DNA of 64,000 nt. Origin: Minisyncoccota bacterium. Lineage in GTDB: Bacteria; Patescibacteriota; Minisyncoccia; Phycocordibacterales; UBA2100. A program made the translations under genes and the position numbers. The stretch lies in assembly GCA_031291875.1 (NCBI GenBank), contig JARLIE010000112.1, positions 114 to 64,113 of the forward strand, in the 5' to 3' direction. Position 1 is the first letter of the stretch. Every line of letters begins with the position of its first letter. The notes beneath the pieces are model-generated. The model was given only the letters and a program-made list of their open reading frames with translations, searched no databases and was not told the DNA's origin. This document shows positions 17,056 to 26,564 of this stretch, piece by piece.

Positions 17056-19263
17056 CTATTTGGCGACACGTTCGGCCTCTTCCAGCTTCACCGACAAAAG
17101 CTTCGAAACACCGTCTTGCCCCATCGTCACGCCATACAATTCCCCCGCCGCGGCCATCGTCGCGCGGTTGTGCGTAATAACGATGAGCTGCGATTTTTGT
17201 CCGAGTTCGCGAATCATATCCGCGTAGCGTTTGGAGTTGGCCTCGTCGAGCGCCGCATCCGTTTCGTCGAGAATCAAAAACGGCGGTGGATTGACCTGCG
17301 ACATTGAAAAGATAAGCGCGATCGACGTGAGCGCGCGTTCGCCGCCAGAGAGGACCTCGAGTCCGTGCACCTTCTTGCGCGGCAAGTGTACGGAAACGGA
17401 AAGTCCCGCATACATTGAATCTTCCTCCTCGATCACCTCTTCGGTCTCCTCGTCCAGGTCTTCCTTGCGCGCCTTTGCACGACGCGGCTCTTCGATCTTG
17501 AGTGAGGCTTCCCCGCCGCCAAAAAGCTTTTGGAAGAAATTGCGCAACGCATCGTTGATATGTTTGAGGCCGTCTCGGAATTTCTCGTCGATCGTCTTTT
17601 CGAGTTCCGCGATAATGTCTTTGAGTGAAGCGGCGGACGCCTCGAGGTCGATCAGCTCTTTCGCCAAAAATTCGTCTCGTTCCTTCGTTTGGTTGAATTC
17701 TTTTACGACCGCATCGCCGTTGCCGACACCTGATTCTTCTATCTTAATTTTCAAGCGTTCGATCGAGCGGCGGCGCTTATCTTGTTCGCCGCGGTCCTCC
17801 GAAAGAGCGCCTTCCGGAATCTCATCTTTGTCCCAGCTCTGTAATGCGGATCCGACGAGTGCGACCCCTTCGCGAACCTCCTCATCGAATCGCTGCCGCA
17901 ATCCGGCCAACTGCACGCGAGAGGCGTGCGCGGCATCGAGTTTCGAACGAACTTCGCGAATCTTGGATTCAAGTTCGACCGACTCACGCTCCGCGGCAAA
18001 CGACTGCTCGCGCGTCTGCGCAATGCCGGCGCGAGCCATATCGATATCAGTGGATAGTTTCGCCTCTTCCCCTTCGATTTGCTGCAGAGCACTCGAGAGT
18101 CGTTCCACATCACGGCGCACTTCCTCGTTGGTTTGCGGCGCGGAGCCCGAAAGCCCATCAACGAACGCTCGAATACGACTGCGAACGTCGGTAACGATGG
18201 AGCGCAGCGACGCGACATCTTCCGTTCGCTCAACGTTTGAAAGCGACTCGTCCACTTCGCGTACAAATTGGCGCACGTGCGGCACCGGGACGATTGATTC
18301 GACGGTTACATTGGTCGCTTCGAGCGCACCTTCCGCACGGCCGAGTTCGCGGGCAATTTCCTCGCGTCGACGGCGCACTTCCGAAAGCCTGCCCTCGAGC
18401 TCGCGCACACGGGATTGCATATCGGCAACCTGCGTCTGCACGCCGCCGCCCTTTTTGGCGGACGCTTCGTGCAATCGTTCCGTGAGCGCTCGCAATTCGT
18501 ACTCATGCGCCTCTTTTTCCTGCGAAAGCCGCGCGTCTTCCTGGGTGATCCACGCGTGTTCGCGGGCCAAATACTCACTGAGTTTGCTCCCGAGTTCTTC
18601 CTTGAGTTCGCGAGCCTTCTCGATCTTCTCCACCTGCTGCCGCAGGAAGTGCAAATGCGGTGCGAGTTCGCGGCGCAGCGATTTTGTTTTTTCAATGTTG
18701 ATGCCCGTCTCTTCGAGCTTACGTTCGCTCTCTATCTTTTTGTGCTGGTACAGCTTGAGGCCGAGCGCGTCTTCGACCATTTCGCGGCGCTCGCGCGGCG
18801 AGGCGTTGAGGATACGGTCGGCTTCGCCCTGCGAAATGATTTGATAACCTGAGCCGCCGATGTTGGCACCGGCGAGCAGGCGGATCACGTCTTTCAAACG
18901 CACCTGCGAGCCGTTCATCAGATATTCGTTCTGGCCGTCGCGATAGACGACGCGCTCGATCACCACTTCACTGAAATCGATATCGAGGAGACGTTTGGAG
19001 TTATCGAAAACGACTTTCACGCTCGCGCGGTTTTGTCGCGGCATGGCGGGCGAGCCGCCCCAGATAAGATCTTCGCCTTTTTTGGAGCGCATCGATTTCA
19101 TCGACTGCTCGCCAAGCACGAAACGAAATCCTTCGGCGACATTCGATTTTCCCGAACCGTTGGGTCCAACGATCGAGGCGATCGGTGAGGTGAAAACGAG
19201 TTCGGATCTTTTCCCGAACGATTTAAAGCCCGAAAGCTCGATGGATTTGAGGGCCAGGAACAT
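17056..19263 (-). CDS. smc: SMC-family chromosome segregation ATPase, unusually short (735 aa) with no recognisable hinge
   Basis: N-terminal head with IVGPNGSGKSNVAEGFRFVLGEQS (Walker A). C-terminal head with LSGGERALTSIALIFSM...PFLILDETDAALDEAN...LIVITHNR...LYGVTMGQDGVSKL (signature, Walker B, D-loop). The middle is coiled-coil-like only. Gene neighbourhood is smc-rnc. Confidence 0.8.
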   Translation of the reverse strand: MFLALKSIELSGFKSFGKRSELVFTSPIASIVGPNGSGKSNVAEGFRFVLGEQSMKSMRSKKGEDLIWGGSPAMPRQNRASVKVVFDNSKRLLDIDFSEVVIERVVYRDGQNEYLMNGSQVRLKDVIRLLAGANIGGSGYQIISQGEADRILNASPRERREMVEDALGLKLYQHKKIESERKLEETGINIEKTKSLRRELAPHLHFLRQQVEKIEKARELKEELGSKLSEYLAREHAWITQEDARLSQEKEAHEYELRALTERLHEASAKKGGGVQTQVADMQSRVRELEGRLSEVRRRREEIARELGRAEGALEATNVTVESIVPVPHVRQFVREVDESLSNVERTEDVASLRSIVTDVRSRIRAFVDGLSGSAPQTNEEVRRDVERLSSALQQIEGEEAKLSTDIDMARAGIAQTREQSFAAERESVELESKIREVRSKLDAAHASRVQLAGLRQRFDEEVREGVALVGSALQSWDKDEIPEGALSEDRGEQDKRRRSIERLKIKIEESGVGNGDAVVKEFNQTKERDEFLAKELIDLEASAASLKDIIAELEKTIDEKFRDGLKHINDALRNFFQKLFGGGEASLKIEEPRRAKARKEDLDEETEEVIEEEDSMYAGLSVSVHLPRKKVHGLEVLSGGERALTSIALIFSMSQVNPPPFLILDETDAALDEANSKRYADMIRELGQKSQLIVITHNRATMAAAGELYGVTMGQDGVSKLLSVKLEEAERVAK

Positions 19264-19288
19264 GCCCGCTTATTGTAGCAAAAAGATT

Positions 19289-19316
19289 CGAGCCCCGGTG
19301 TCGGGGCTCGGAGAAC
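19289..19316 (-). terminator. Hairpin terminator (GAGCCCCGacacCGGGGCTC plus AATCTTTTTGCT) between the small ORF and smc
   Basis: An 8-bp GC stem followed by a T-rich tract on the minus strand. Confidence 0.5.
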
Positions 19317-19320
19317 TCTG

Positions 19321-19500
19321 TCAGAAGAAGAGAAAGGGCGGCCGGTCGTTTCGTACCGATTCGTCGGTCGCCTCACCCGTTGTGCTGCGCGACGGCACGG
19401 TCAACCAGATAATGAACCCTAAAGCGACGATGCCGCCGAATATCCAGATAGCGATCGCTGCAGGCTGCGGTATCGGATCTAGTAACCAATCCAAGTTCAT
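19321..19500 (-). CDS. Small membrane protein (59 aa), below the ORF-track cut-off
   Basis: SD GGGAGG followed 6 nt later by ATG. Translation MNLDWLLDPIPQPAAIAIWIFGGIVALGFIIWLTVPSRSTTGEATDESVRNDRPPFLFF has one clear TM helix. Stop is TGA at 19321-19323. Confidence 0.4.
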   Translation of the reverse strand: MNLDWLLDPIPQPAAIAIWIFGGIVALGFIIWLTVPSRSTTGEATDESVRNDRPPFLFF

Positions 19501-19556
19501 GGGTGTCCTCCCGGAGATTGTGCTGGTACTAGCGTACCACAGCAGGAGCTACCGCC

Positions 19557-20246
19557 TTACCATCCTTTTGCGGCCAGCGCTTTCTCCGCTGCGGCCTGTT
19601 CGGCTTCCTGTTTCGAGCGACCTTCGCCGAGCGCTATTTTTTCGGTTCCGATATAGGCGCCCACAATAAAGGTTTTGTCGTGATCTGGACCGGACTGGTC
19701 GACGAGTTGATACGACGGCGTAATACCGTGCTTTTCCTGCGCCAGTTCTTGCAGACGACTCTTTGCGTCCTGCCAAAGCCGACGCGCAACAACGTCGTCG
19801 GTCTTGTGAAAAAGCTGCTTCCCGATGAAATCGCGTGCGGCTTGATATCCCTGGTCGAGGTACAGGGCGCCGATCAAGGACTCGAACGCGTTTGCCAGAA
19901 TGATCTGTCGCGCGCGTCCGGTATCTTTGGATTCGCCGCGGGAGAGCAACAGAAACTCGTTCATGCCGAGCTTTTGCGCGGCTTCCGAAATAGATTGCGT
20001 GTTGACGAGCGCCGCGCGATACGCGGTAAGGTCGCCTTCCGGCTTGTCCGGGTATTTTACAAACAAAAATTCAGAGACGACGAGTTCGAGCACTGCATCG
20101 CCGAGATATTCGAGACGCTCGTTGTGTTCTCGGCCCAACTCGCGATGTTCGTTGATGTACGAGCGGTGCGTAAACGCCGTTTCGAGCAGTCGCTGGTTTT
20201 TGAATTGGTGACCGATTCGTGTTTCGAATTTTGAGAAATCTGGCAT
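19557..20246 (-). CDS. rnc: Ribonuclease III
   Basis: RNase III signature ERLEYLGDAVLELVVSEFLF plus a C-terminal dsRBD (GPDHDKTFIVGAYIGTEKIALGEGRSKQEAEQAAA). Confidence 0.95.
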   Translation of the reverse strand: MPDFSKFETRIGHQFKNQRLLETAFTHRSYINEHRELGREHNERLEYLGDAVLELVVSEFLFVKYPDKPEGDLTAYRAALVNTQSISEAAQKLGMNEFLLLSRGESKDTGRARQIILANAFESLIGALYLDQGYQAARDFIGKQLFHKTDDVVARRLWQDAKSRLQELAQEKHGITPSYQLVDQSGPDHDKTFIVGAYIGTEKIALGEGRSKQEAEQAAAEKALAAKGW

Positions 20247-20320
20247 ATGTCAGGTTATACCCTTCAGCTTTCAATTCGCGGAACCACACGTTCCACCAAT
20301 TGCCAGCTGCAAGCTACAAG

Positions 20321-21232
20321 CTAGCTTCTATCCTTTTGCGCGAGAATATTAATTGCTCGGGTGACGACCGGCAGAATGTCATCGTAAAAGTTGAGGTCGC
20401 CCACGGTTGCGAGCGGAAACCACTGTGCATCATCGAGCCCGCCTTCCCGCTTGAGTGTAAGGTCGGCGAATTCGGCGCGCGCCAAGAAGTAGGTCGCATG
20501 GCGTTTCTTCTTGCCGCCCGGCGTGCTTGAGTCGTTGGCGACGTACTCGTTCTCGCCGAGCTGCTCCTCAAGGGTGCAATCGAGCCCAATTTCCTCCCGC
20601 ACTTTGCGCTTAACGCCATCTTCGTGCTTTTCGCCCTGCTGCAACTTACCCTTCGAGAGCGTCCAGTGACCGAATATATCGTGCACGAGCGCGAGATAAA
20701 CCTCACTGGCCTCGCGCGCATAGACGACGGCGCCGATGAGCTCCTCGATCGGCATTTTCCCGCTTTTGGTGGTGGGTTGTTTGCGCGGCGTTCCGTCTGT
20801 CTTGCCCGGCTCACCGAGCTCGATGTATACCGCGCCCAAAACGCCATTGACGAACCGTCCCGAAGAATTCGAGCCGAACGTCTTAGCGAGCTCGATCGCT
20901 TCATTGATGGCGACTTTCGCCGGTACCTGCGCGCGATCGGCATACAAAAGTTCGGTCAACCCGAGTCGCAAAATATTGCGGTCGATCGCGGCAATTTTCT
21001 CCAGGGGCCACTCCGGCGCCGCTCGCACAATGACCTCGTCGATCTCCTTTTGCTTTGCGAGTGCGTTTTGCAAAAGCTCCTTCATGAAAGGCATGTCGGA
21101 GTCGCGAGCGCCAAACTCTTTGGAGTAATCGGCAAGGCGCCCGACGCATTCGTCGAGCTGCATGGAGGGATTTTGGTCGCGTTCAAAGAGTACCTGGAGG
21201 ACGATCGAGCGGGCTAGGTGTCTGTTTGCCAT
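20321..21232 (-). CDS. nusB: NusB antitermination factor fused to a C-terminal NUDIX hydrolase domain
   Basis: Residues ~1-145 are NusB; [31 protein letters not shown] is near-identical to E. coli NusB [30 protein letters not shown]. Residues ~160-300 carry a Nudix box [30 protein letters not shown] (Gx5Ex7REVxEEIG). Confidence 0.8.
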   Translation of the reverse strand: [303 protein letters not shown]

Positions 21233-21280
21233 TGTTTCTAAAGATCAGGTGGGTAAAGAACAAAGAGGAGTTGAGGGAGG

Positions 21281-21544
21281 CTACGTCGTTGCCTCTTTTT
21301 GACCGGTGTCTTGTCCTGATTCACGGAGCGCTTTTTCGCGGCGCTTCAAACGGCGCTCTTCGCGCTTCTTTTGGGCAACAATGTCGATAACGACGCGTCC
21401 CTTGTACATACCCGTAACCGGATTGACGCGGTGCGGGATGTAGAGGTTACCAGCCGAGTCCTTGGCAAGGCGCGCACCTTTGATTGCGTGGTGAGAGCGC
21501 CGCTGGGCGGTTTGGGATCGGTTGCGACGCATTCGAACTACCAT
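21281..21544 (-). CDS. rpmF: 50S ribosomal protein L32 with a basic C-terminal extension (the track ORF is extended upstream; ATG at 21544)
   Basis: MVVRMRRNRSQTAQRRSHHAI is the bL32 N-terminal signature. Confidence 0.75.
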   Translation of the reverse strand: MVVRMRRNRSQTAQRRSHHAIKGARLAKDSAGNLYIPHRVNPVTGMYKGRVVIDIVAQKKREERRLKRREKALRESGQDTGQKEATT

Positions 21545-21609
21545 ATGGGGTGAGAGTATACAGAAAAAAACGATTTTGGCAATGAAGTTCGGTTCCACCC
21601 GGTGAACAC

Positions 21610-22206
21610 CTATATCCGGGTACAGAATGTCACCCGATGCAGCTCGCAAAGCCCAGCTTTTCTGATGTAGCGCCGGTGGGCCTCGGTTCCGTATCCTTTA
21701 TGCTCCCCAAACTGGTAGCCTGTATGCACCGACGCCGCTTCCTCCATATATCGATCGCGCGACACTTTCGCAATAATCGACGCAAAGGCAATCGCCGGAA
21801 TATTCTCGTCACCACGGACGAATGATTCCTGCGACCATTTAGCCGGCACACGCAGTCCTGCATCCAAAAGGACCGAAACACGCGACGGGCGGATGCCGAG
21901 TTGTTCAATCGCGCGAGCGGCGGCCTCATTCGTCGCGTTCACAATACCAATCTCGTCGATCGTCTTTGCGTCCGAGAATGCGTGCGCGTGTCGAAGCCGC
22001 GCATGTGAAGTAATGTATCCAAAAAGAATAGTGCGCTGCTGAGAAGTAAGCTGTTTGGAATCACGTAAAACTGGTTTGCCCTTTTTTGCGACGAGCGAGA
22101 AAGCCTCTTTCCAATCAAGATCCGCCGGGTAGAGCACGACCCCGACGCTCACCGGTCCGGCGAGCGCCCCGCGCCCCGCCTCGTCGATACCGATCAGCCA
22201 TTCCAC
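21610..22206 (-). CDS. rnhB: Ribonuclease HII (probable GTG start at 22206; the track ORF extends to 22386)
   Basis: LIGIDEAGRGALAGPV is the RNase HII catalytic motif. The upstream in-frame part is an Arg/Ser-rich non-homologous extension. TACAAT lies 7 nt upstream of the GTG. Confidence 0.8.
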   Translation of the reverse strand: MEWLIGIDEAGRGALAGPVSVGVVLYPADLDWKEAFSLVAKKGKPVLRDSKQLTSQQRTILFGYITSHARLRHAHAFSDAKTIDEIGIVNATNEAAARAIEQLGIRPSRVSVLLDAGLRVPAKWSQESFVRGDENIPAIAFASIIAKVSRDRYMEEAASVHTGYQFGEHKGYGTEAHRRYIRKAGLCELHRVTFCTRI

Positions 22207-22267
22207 CTCTCTATTGTAGCAAAAGGGACGAGACCGTGATGATGCACGGTCTCGTTTATTCAGAATG

Positions 22268-22726
22268 CTATACGTTCTCTTTCTCGAGCGGCTGCATATA
22301 GACGTCCGCCGCGGTTTGTGCGAGTTCTCGCAGCCACGGATCGGCCTGCTCGAGCCAGCAGTTGGCGCTGACCGGTTGCAAATCAATCCGGTAATACTCG
22401 CAGTACGGAAGTACGACCGAGATGACTGTGCTCATATTTCGAAGGATCGAATGTTCGAGGCCATCGAATGAACCGCTCAAACTCGGCGCAAGATGATTAC
22501 GCAAACGAAGAAGAAAATAGATACGTTCGCGACTCTCACGATCTCGAACCTCCTCGAAAACCGTACTGACGTGCTCATAGAGCGCATACATCCGTCGACG
22601 CTCCTGCTGAGACTCCGGAGTCCGAATCCAGATGTATCTTTTGTTGCGCACGACGAGCGAAGCGAGAAATAGGTCGATAAACCGCTCGATGGTCGGTGCT
22701 TCCGTTACGGCTGATACTGCAGTCAT
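22268..22726 (-). CDS. Hypothetical protein (152 aa), divergent from dnaE
   Basis: SD AAGGGAG 7 nt upstream of the internal ATG at 22726. No recognisable domain. Confidence 0.4.
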   Translation of the reverse strand: MTAVSAVTEAPTIERFIDLFLASLVVRNKRYIWIRTPESQQERRRMYALYEHVSTVFEEVRDRESRERIYFLLRLRNHLAPSLSGSFDGLEHSILRNMSTVISVVLPYCEYYRIDLQPVSANCWLEQADPWLRELAQTAADVYMQPLEKENV

Positions 22727-22838
22727 TTGATGGCTCCCTTCTGCAATCACTCTATCGCGTCATTGAAAATTGGAAAGCTCTGATTCTGGTGTGTGCCGCA
22801 CAAACGGTAGGCGGCCGAGCTTTTGTTATACTTGCCGT

Positions 22839-25800
22839 ATGAGCGTGCGCGGCTTTTGTCATTTGCATACCCACTCGCACTACTCGCTGCTTGAGGCGCT
22901 GCCGCGCATTCCGGATCTTGTCGCCGCCGCGAAAAAAGACGGCATGACGGCTCTCGCCCTCACCGACAACGGCAACATGTACGGCGCGATCGATTTCTAC
23001 AAAGAATGCAAAGCGCAGGGTATCAAGCCCATTATCGGAGTCGACGTTTTCGTTGCTCCCCGCACGAGGCTCGACAAAGAACACAACATCGACGATAAGC
23101 TCGGCCGCCTTATTCTGCTCGCCAAAAATGAAGTTGGCTACAAAAATCTCTTGAAGCTCGTCTCCGATTCGTACCTCGAGGGCTTCTATGTTCGACCTCG
23201 CGTCGACCGCGAACTCATCGAGCGTCATCGCGAGGGATTGATCGCGATCCTTCCCTCCCACGGCGGCGAAGTCGCCTATGCGCTGCGCCACAGTGATCCC
23301 GATCGCGCCTCACAATCGCTCGAATGGCATCAAAAAATATTCGGTGATGATTTCTACCTCGAAATCACACGACACCCGGAAATTCCCGATCACGAAACTG
23401 AGATGAAAAACCTTGCTGAGTTCGCTCGCACGCGCAGTGCGCAGATCGTTGCGGCGCACGACGTCTACTATCTCGACCCTGCGGACGGGCTCGCCTGCGA
23501 CCTCGTCAACAGAATCCGCACCGGCGGCGTACTCGATCGTGAGAACGGCGAGTACCGCATGCGCGACTTCTCCTTTTTGCCGCAAAAGAAAATGCTGCAA
23601 CTCTTTAAAGATATGCCCGAGGCGATCGAGCACGCAGCGAAAATCGCCGAAGCATGCAATGTGGAACTCGATCTCGGCAAATGGGTCTTTCCGAACTTTC
23701 CCGTTCCTGAAGGATCGTCCCACGACGCCGAGCTGCGCAAACTCGTGTTCTCCGGATTCGAGCGCCGCGGCGTCGCGCAGACTCCCGAGGTACTTGAGCG
23801 CGTCGAATACGAGCTCAACGTTATCGCGAAAAAGGGATACTCGACGTACTTTCTCGTCGTTTCCGATCTTCTACGCTACGCGAAGAGCGCGGGCATCCTC
23901 ACCAACACGCGTGGTTCTGCGGCCGGCTCGCTCGTTTCGTATTTGGCGGACATTACGACGGTAAATCCCCTTATGTACGGACTTCCCTTCGAACGTTTCC
24001 TGAACCCGGAGCGCCCATCGCCACCGGATATCGACATGGATATCGCCGACAACCGTCGCGACGACCTGATTCGCTATGCACGCCAAAAGTACGGCGAGGA
24101 TCACGTCGCGCAGATCGGCACGTTCGGAACAATGCTCGCGCGCGCCGCTGTGCGCGACGTCTCGCGCGCGCTTGGCTACTCGTACAACACCGGCGATATG
24201 ATCGCGAAGCTCATCCCGATCGGCAAGCAAGGCTTTCCTGTTTCGATCGAAAGCACGCTTCGCGACGTGCCCGAATTCAAGACGATCCACGACAAAGACG
24301 CGGAGGCGCAGGAGATCATCGATCTCGCGCAAAAGATCGAGGGCAACTCGCGACACGTGGGCGTACACGCGGCCGGCGTCGTCATCGCGCCGACCGCCGT
24401 CACCGATTTCGTGCCGATTCAGTACGATCCCAAGGGCGGCAAGACCATCACGCAATACGACATGCACGCCGTCGAAGACGCCGGTCTTCTCAAGTACGAC
24501 TTCCTCGGTCTGACCAACCTCTCGATCCTCGCTGACGCCGTGCAGCGCGCAAAGGAACGCCTCGGCGTCGAAGTAGATCTCGATTCGTTGCCGCTCGACG
24601 ATGAACGAACGTACGCGATGCTGGCACGCGGCGAGACGCTCGGCGTCTTTCAGCTCGCGGGCGGCGGCATGACGGCCTACCTCATCGACCTGAAGCCGAC
24701 CGTCATCCACGACATCAACGCCATGGTCGCGCTCTATCGTCCCGGGCCGATGGCCTTCATCCCCGAATACATCGCTCGCAAGCAGAATCCGCGACTAATC
24801 AAATATATCGATCCTCGTCTCGAAGCGATCCTCAAAAATTCCTACGGCATTATCACGTACCAGGACGACGTGCTCTACATCGCAATCCAGCTTGCCGGCT
24901 ACTCCTGGCTCGAGGCCGACAAGTTCCGCAAAGCGATGGGTAAAAAAATCCCTGAGGAAATGGCTGCGCAAAAAGAAAAATTCCACAAGGGTGCGCTTGC
25001 GGGCGGCATGAAGCCGGAAGTCGTCAAACAACTCTGGGAACAGATCGAAACGTTCGCCGCGTACGGTTTCAACAAAGCGCACGCCGCCAGCTACGGTAAC
25101 CTCGCGTACAAAACGGCGTACATGAAAGCCAACTTCCCCGTCGATTACATGGCGGCGCTGCTCACTGCCGAATCTGGTGACGTCGAAAAGATCTCCGAAA
25201 CGGTCGCCGAATGCAAACGCATGGGAATTTCTGTATCACCGCCGTCGGTCAATGAAAGTTACGGAACCTTTACCGTCGTCGACGAAAAGACGATCAGATT
25301 CGGCCTCCACTCCGTGAAAAATTTCGGCACGGGCGTAGCCGACGCGATCATCGCAGCGCGCGCTGGCAAGCCCTTCAAAGACCTCAGTGATTTCCTTTCT
25401 CGGGTCGTCGACAAAAACCTCAACAAAAAGTCGCTCGAGGCACTGATCCAATCCGGCGCGATGGATGAATTTGGCGAGCGCGGCCAATTGATGGCAAATC
25501 TGGAGCTGATTTTGGAGTACCATCGCGAACACCTCAAGGCACCCTCCGATATGGGATCGCTCTTTGGTGCCGCATCGACAAGCAGCGCGCCGATTCGATT
25601 GCAGCCGGCGCAACCGGCGAGTCAGGATCAAAAATTGGACTGGGAAAAGGAGCTGCTCGGTCTGTATATTTCCGGCCATCCGCTCGACAAACATCAAGCG
25701 AAGCTTCAGAACGCGAAAAATTCGATCAAGCACGCCAAGGAACACCTCAAGGGGGTCGAGACGGTGATCGCCGGCTTCCTCGAGTCGACCCAACCAATCC

Positions 25801-25997
25801 TCACCAAAAACGGCGAACGAATGCTCTTTGGCCGTATCGCAGATTTATCGAGCTCGATCGAACTCGTCGCCTTCCCGCGCATTCTGAAAGAGAACGAAAA
25901 GCTTTTTGTCGCGGGCACCTGCATCATGCTCAAGGGAAAAATTTCGGAGCGCAACGGCGAGCCGAGCTTCGTCGTCGACAAGGTCCGAGCACTGTAA
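22839..25997 (+). CDS. dnaE: DNA polymerase III alpha subunit DnaE
   Basis: PHP domain (CHLHTHSHYSLLEAL...ALTDNGNMYGA), polymerase core (GRxxPPDIDMD..., FNKAHAAxY) and an OB fold at the C-terminus. TATACT lies 6 nt before the ATG. Confidence 0.95.
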   Translation: MSVRGFCHLHTHSHYSLLEALPRIPDLVAAAKKDGMTALALTDNGNMYGAIDFYKECKAQGIKPIIGVDVFVAPRTRLDKEHNIDDKLGRLILLAKNEVGYKNLLKLVSDSYLEGFYVRPRVDRELIERHREGLIAILPSHGGEVAYALRHSDPDRASQSLEWHQKIFGDDFYLEITRHPEIPDHETEMKNLAEFARTRSAQIVAAHDVYYLDPADGLACDLVNRIRTGGVLDRENGEYRMRDFSFLPQKKMLQLFKDMPEAIEHAAKIAEACNVELDLGKWVFPNFPVPEGSSHDAELRKLVFSGFERRGVAQTPEVLERVEYELNVIAKKGYSTYFLVVSDLLRYAKSAGILTNTRGSAAGSLVSYLADITTVNPLMYGLPFERFLNPERPSPPDIDMDIADNRRDDLIRYARQKYGEDHVAQIGTFGTMLARAAVRDVSRALGYSYNTGDMIAKLIPIGKQGFPVSIESTLRDVPEFKTIHDKDAEAQEIIDLAQKIEGNSRHVGVHAAGVVIAPTAVTDFVPIQYDPKGGKTITQYDMHAVEDAGLLKYDFLGLTNLSILADAVQRAKERLGVEVDLDSLPLDDERTYAMLARGETLGVFQLAGGGMTAYLIDLKPTVIHDINAMVALYRPGPMAFIPEYIARKQNPRLIKYIDPRLEAILKNSYGIITYQDDVLYIAIQLAGYSWLEADKFRKAMGKKIPEEMAAQKEKFHKGALAGGMKPEVVKQLWEQIETFAAYGFNKAHAASYGNLAYKTAYMKANFPVDYMAALLTAESGDVEKISETVAECKRMGISVSPPSVNESYGTFTVVDEKTIRFGLHSVKNFGTGVADAIIAARAGKPFKDLSDFLSRVVDKNLNKKSLEALIQSGAMDEFGERGQLMANLELILEYHREHLKAPSDMGSLFGAASTSSAPIRLQPAQPASQDQKLDWEKELLGLYISGHPLDKHQAKLQNAKNSIKHAKEHLKGVETVIAGFLESTQPILTKNGERMLFGRIADLSSSIELVAFPRILKENEKLFVAGTCIMLKGKISERNGEPSFVVDKVRAL

Positions 25998-26092
25998 CGC
26001 TATACACCTATTGATATTGACTCTCGCGCGAGAAGTCTTATCTTACCCACAGACAGGCAGTTGTGCGTGTCGTGGAATCGGAGAATGGCGTA

Positions 26093-26470
26093 ATGGCTGC
26101 AAAAACATTCGACGCTGCTGCGCTTGCGGTTGTAGCTCAAGGATTGAAGGAGGAAGAAATTCCTTTCGCGGTTCGAGAATTCAGGATTTCGCTCGATCGA
26201 GTCATTCGCTCGATTGAAAACCTCGGCGCAAATCCGCAGGAGTTTGCAGGCCGCCATCGGGATCAGGACGACCCCGTATGGAAACTTGCGAGACATTTCG
26301 CCGGCAAGCAGCCGGTGCGGTGCTGCGATCATGTCTTCACGGAACTTCGGACGTTTCGCAACAGGCTGAAGCGCCTGCGAACGCAAAACCAAACCGAATA
26401 CGACGTTGCAATGATCGTTGCCACGGCCGACTTCATCGACGCATCGGAGCTTTTCCTGGAACCGGTGTGA
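26093..26470 (+). CDS. Hypothetical protein (125 aa)
   Basis: SD GGAGA 8 nt before the ATG. It is followed by a strong terminator GCCGGCgcgtttgtgtGCCGGC plus TTTTCTTTT at ~26505-26535. Strand choice over the antisense ORF 26000..26392 rests on the SD and terminator only. Confidence 0.35.
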   Translation: MAAKTFDAAALAVVAQGLKEEEIPFAVREFRISLDRVIRSIENLGANPQEFAGRHRDQDDPVWKLARHFAGKQPVRCCDHVFTELRTFRNRLKRLRTQNQTEYDVAMIVATADFIDASELFLEPV

Positions 26471-26535
26471 CTGCGATCAACGAAACTAGGACTTTGCTTC
26501 TGCTACCGAGCCGGCGCGTTTGTGTGCCGGCTTTT

Positions 26536-26564
26536 CTTTTGCACTCTTTCCCGCACTTGGTATC
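26536..26564 (+). promoter_or_regulatory. Putative thrS promoter TTGCAC-16-TATCAT with a short leader
   Basis: Near-consensus hexamers ~20 nt upstream of the thrS ATG. There is no room for a T-box leader. Confidence 0.4.
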
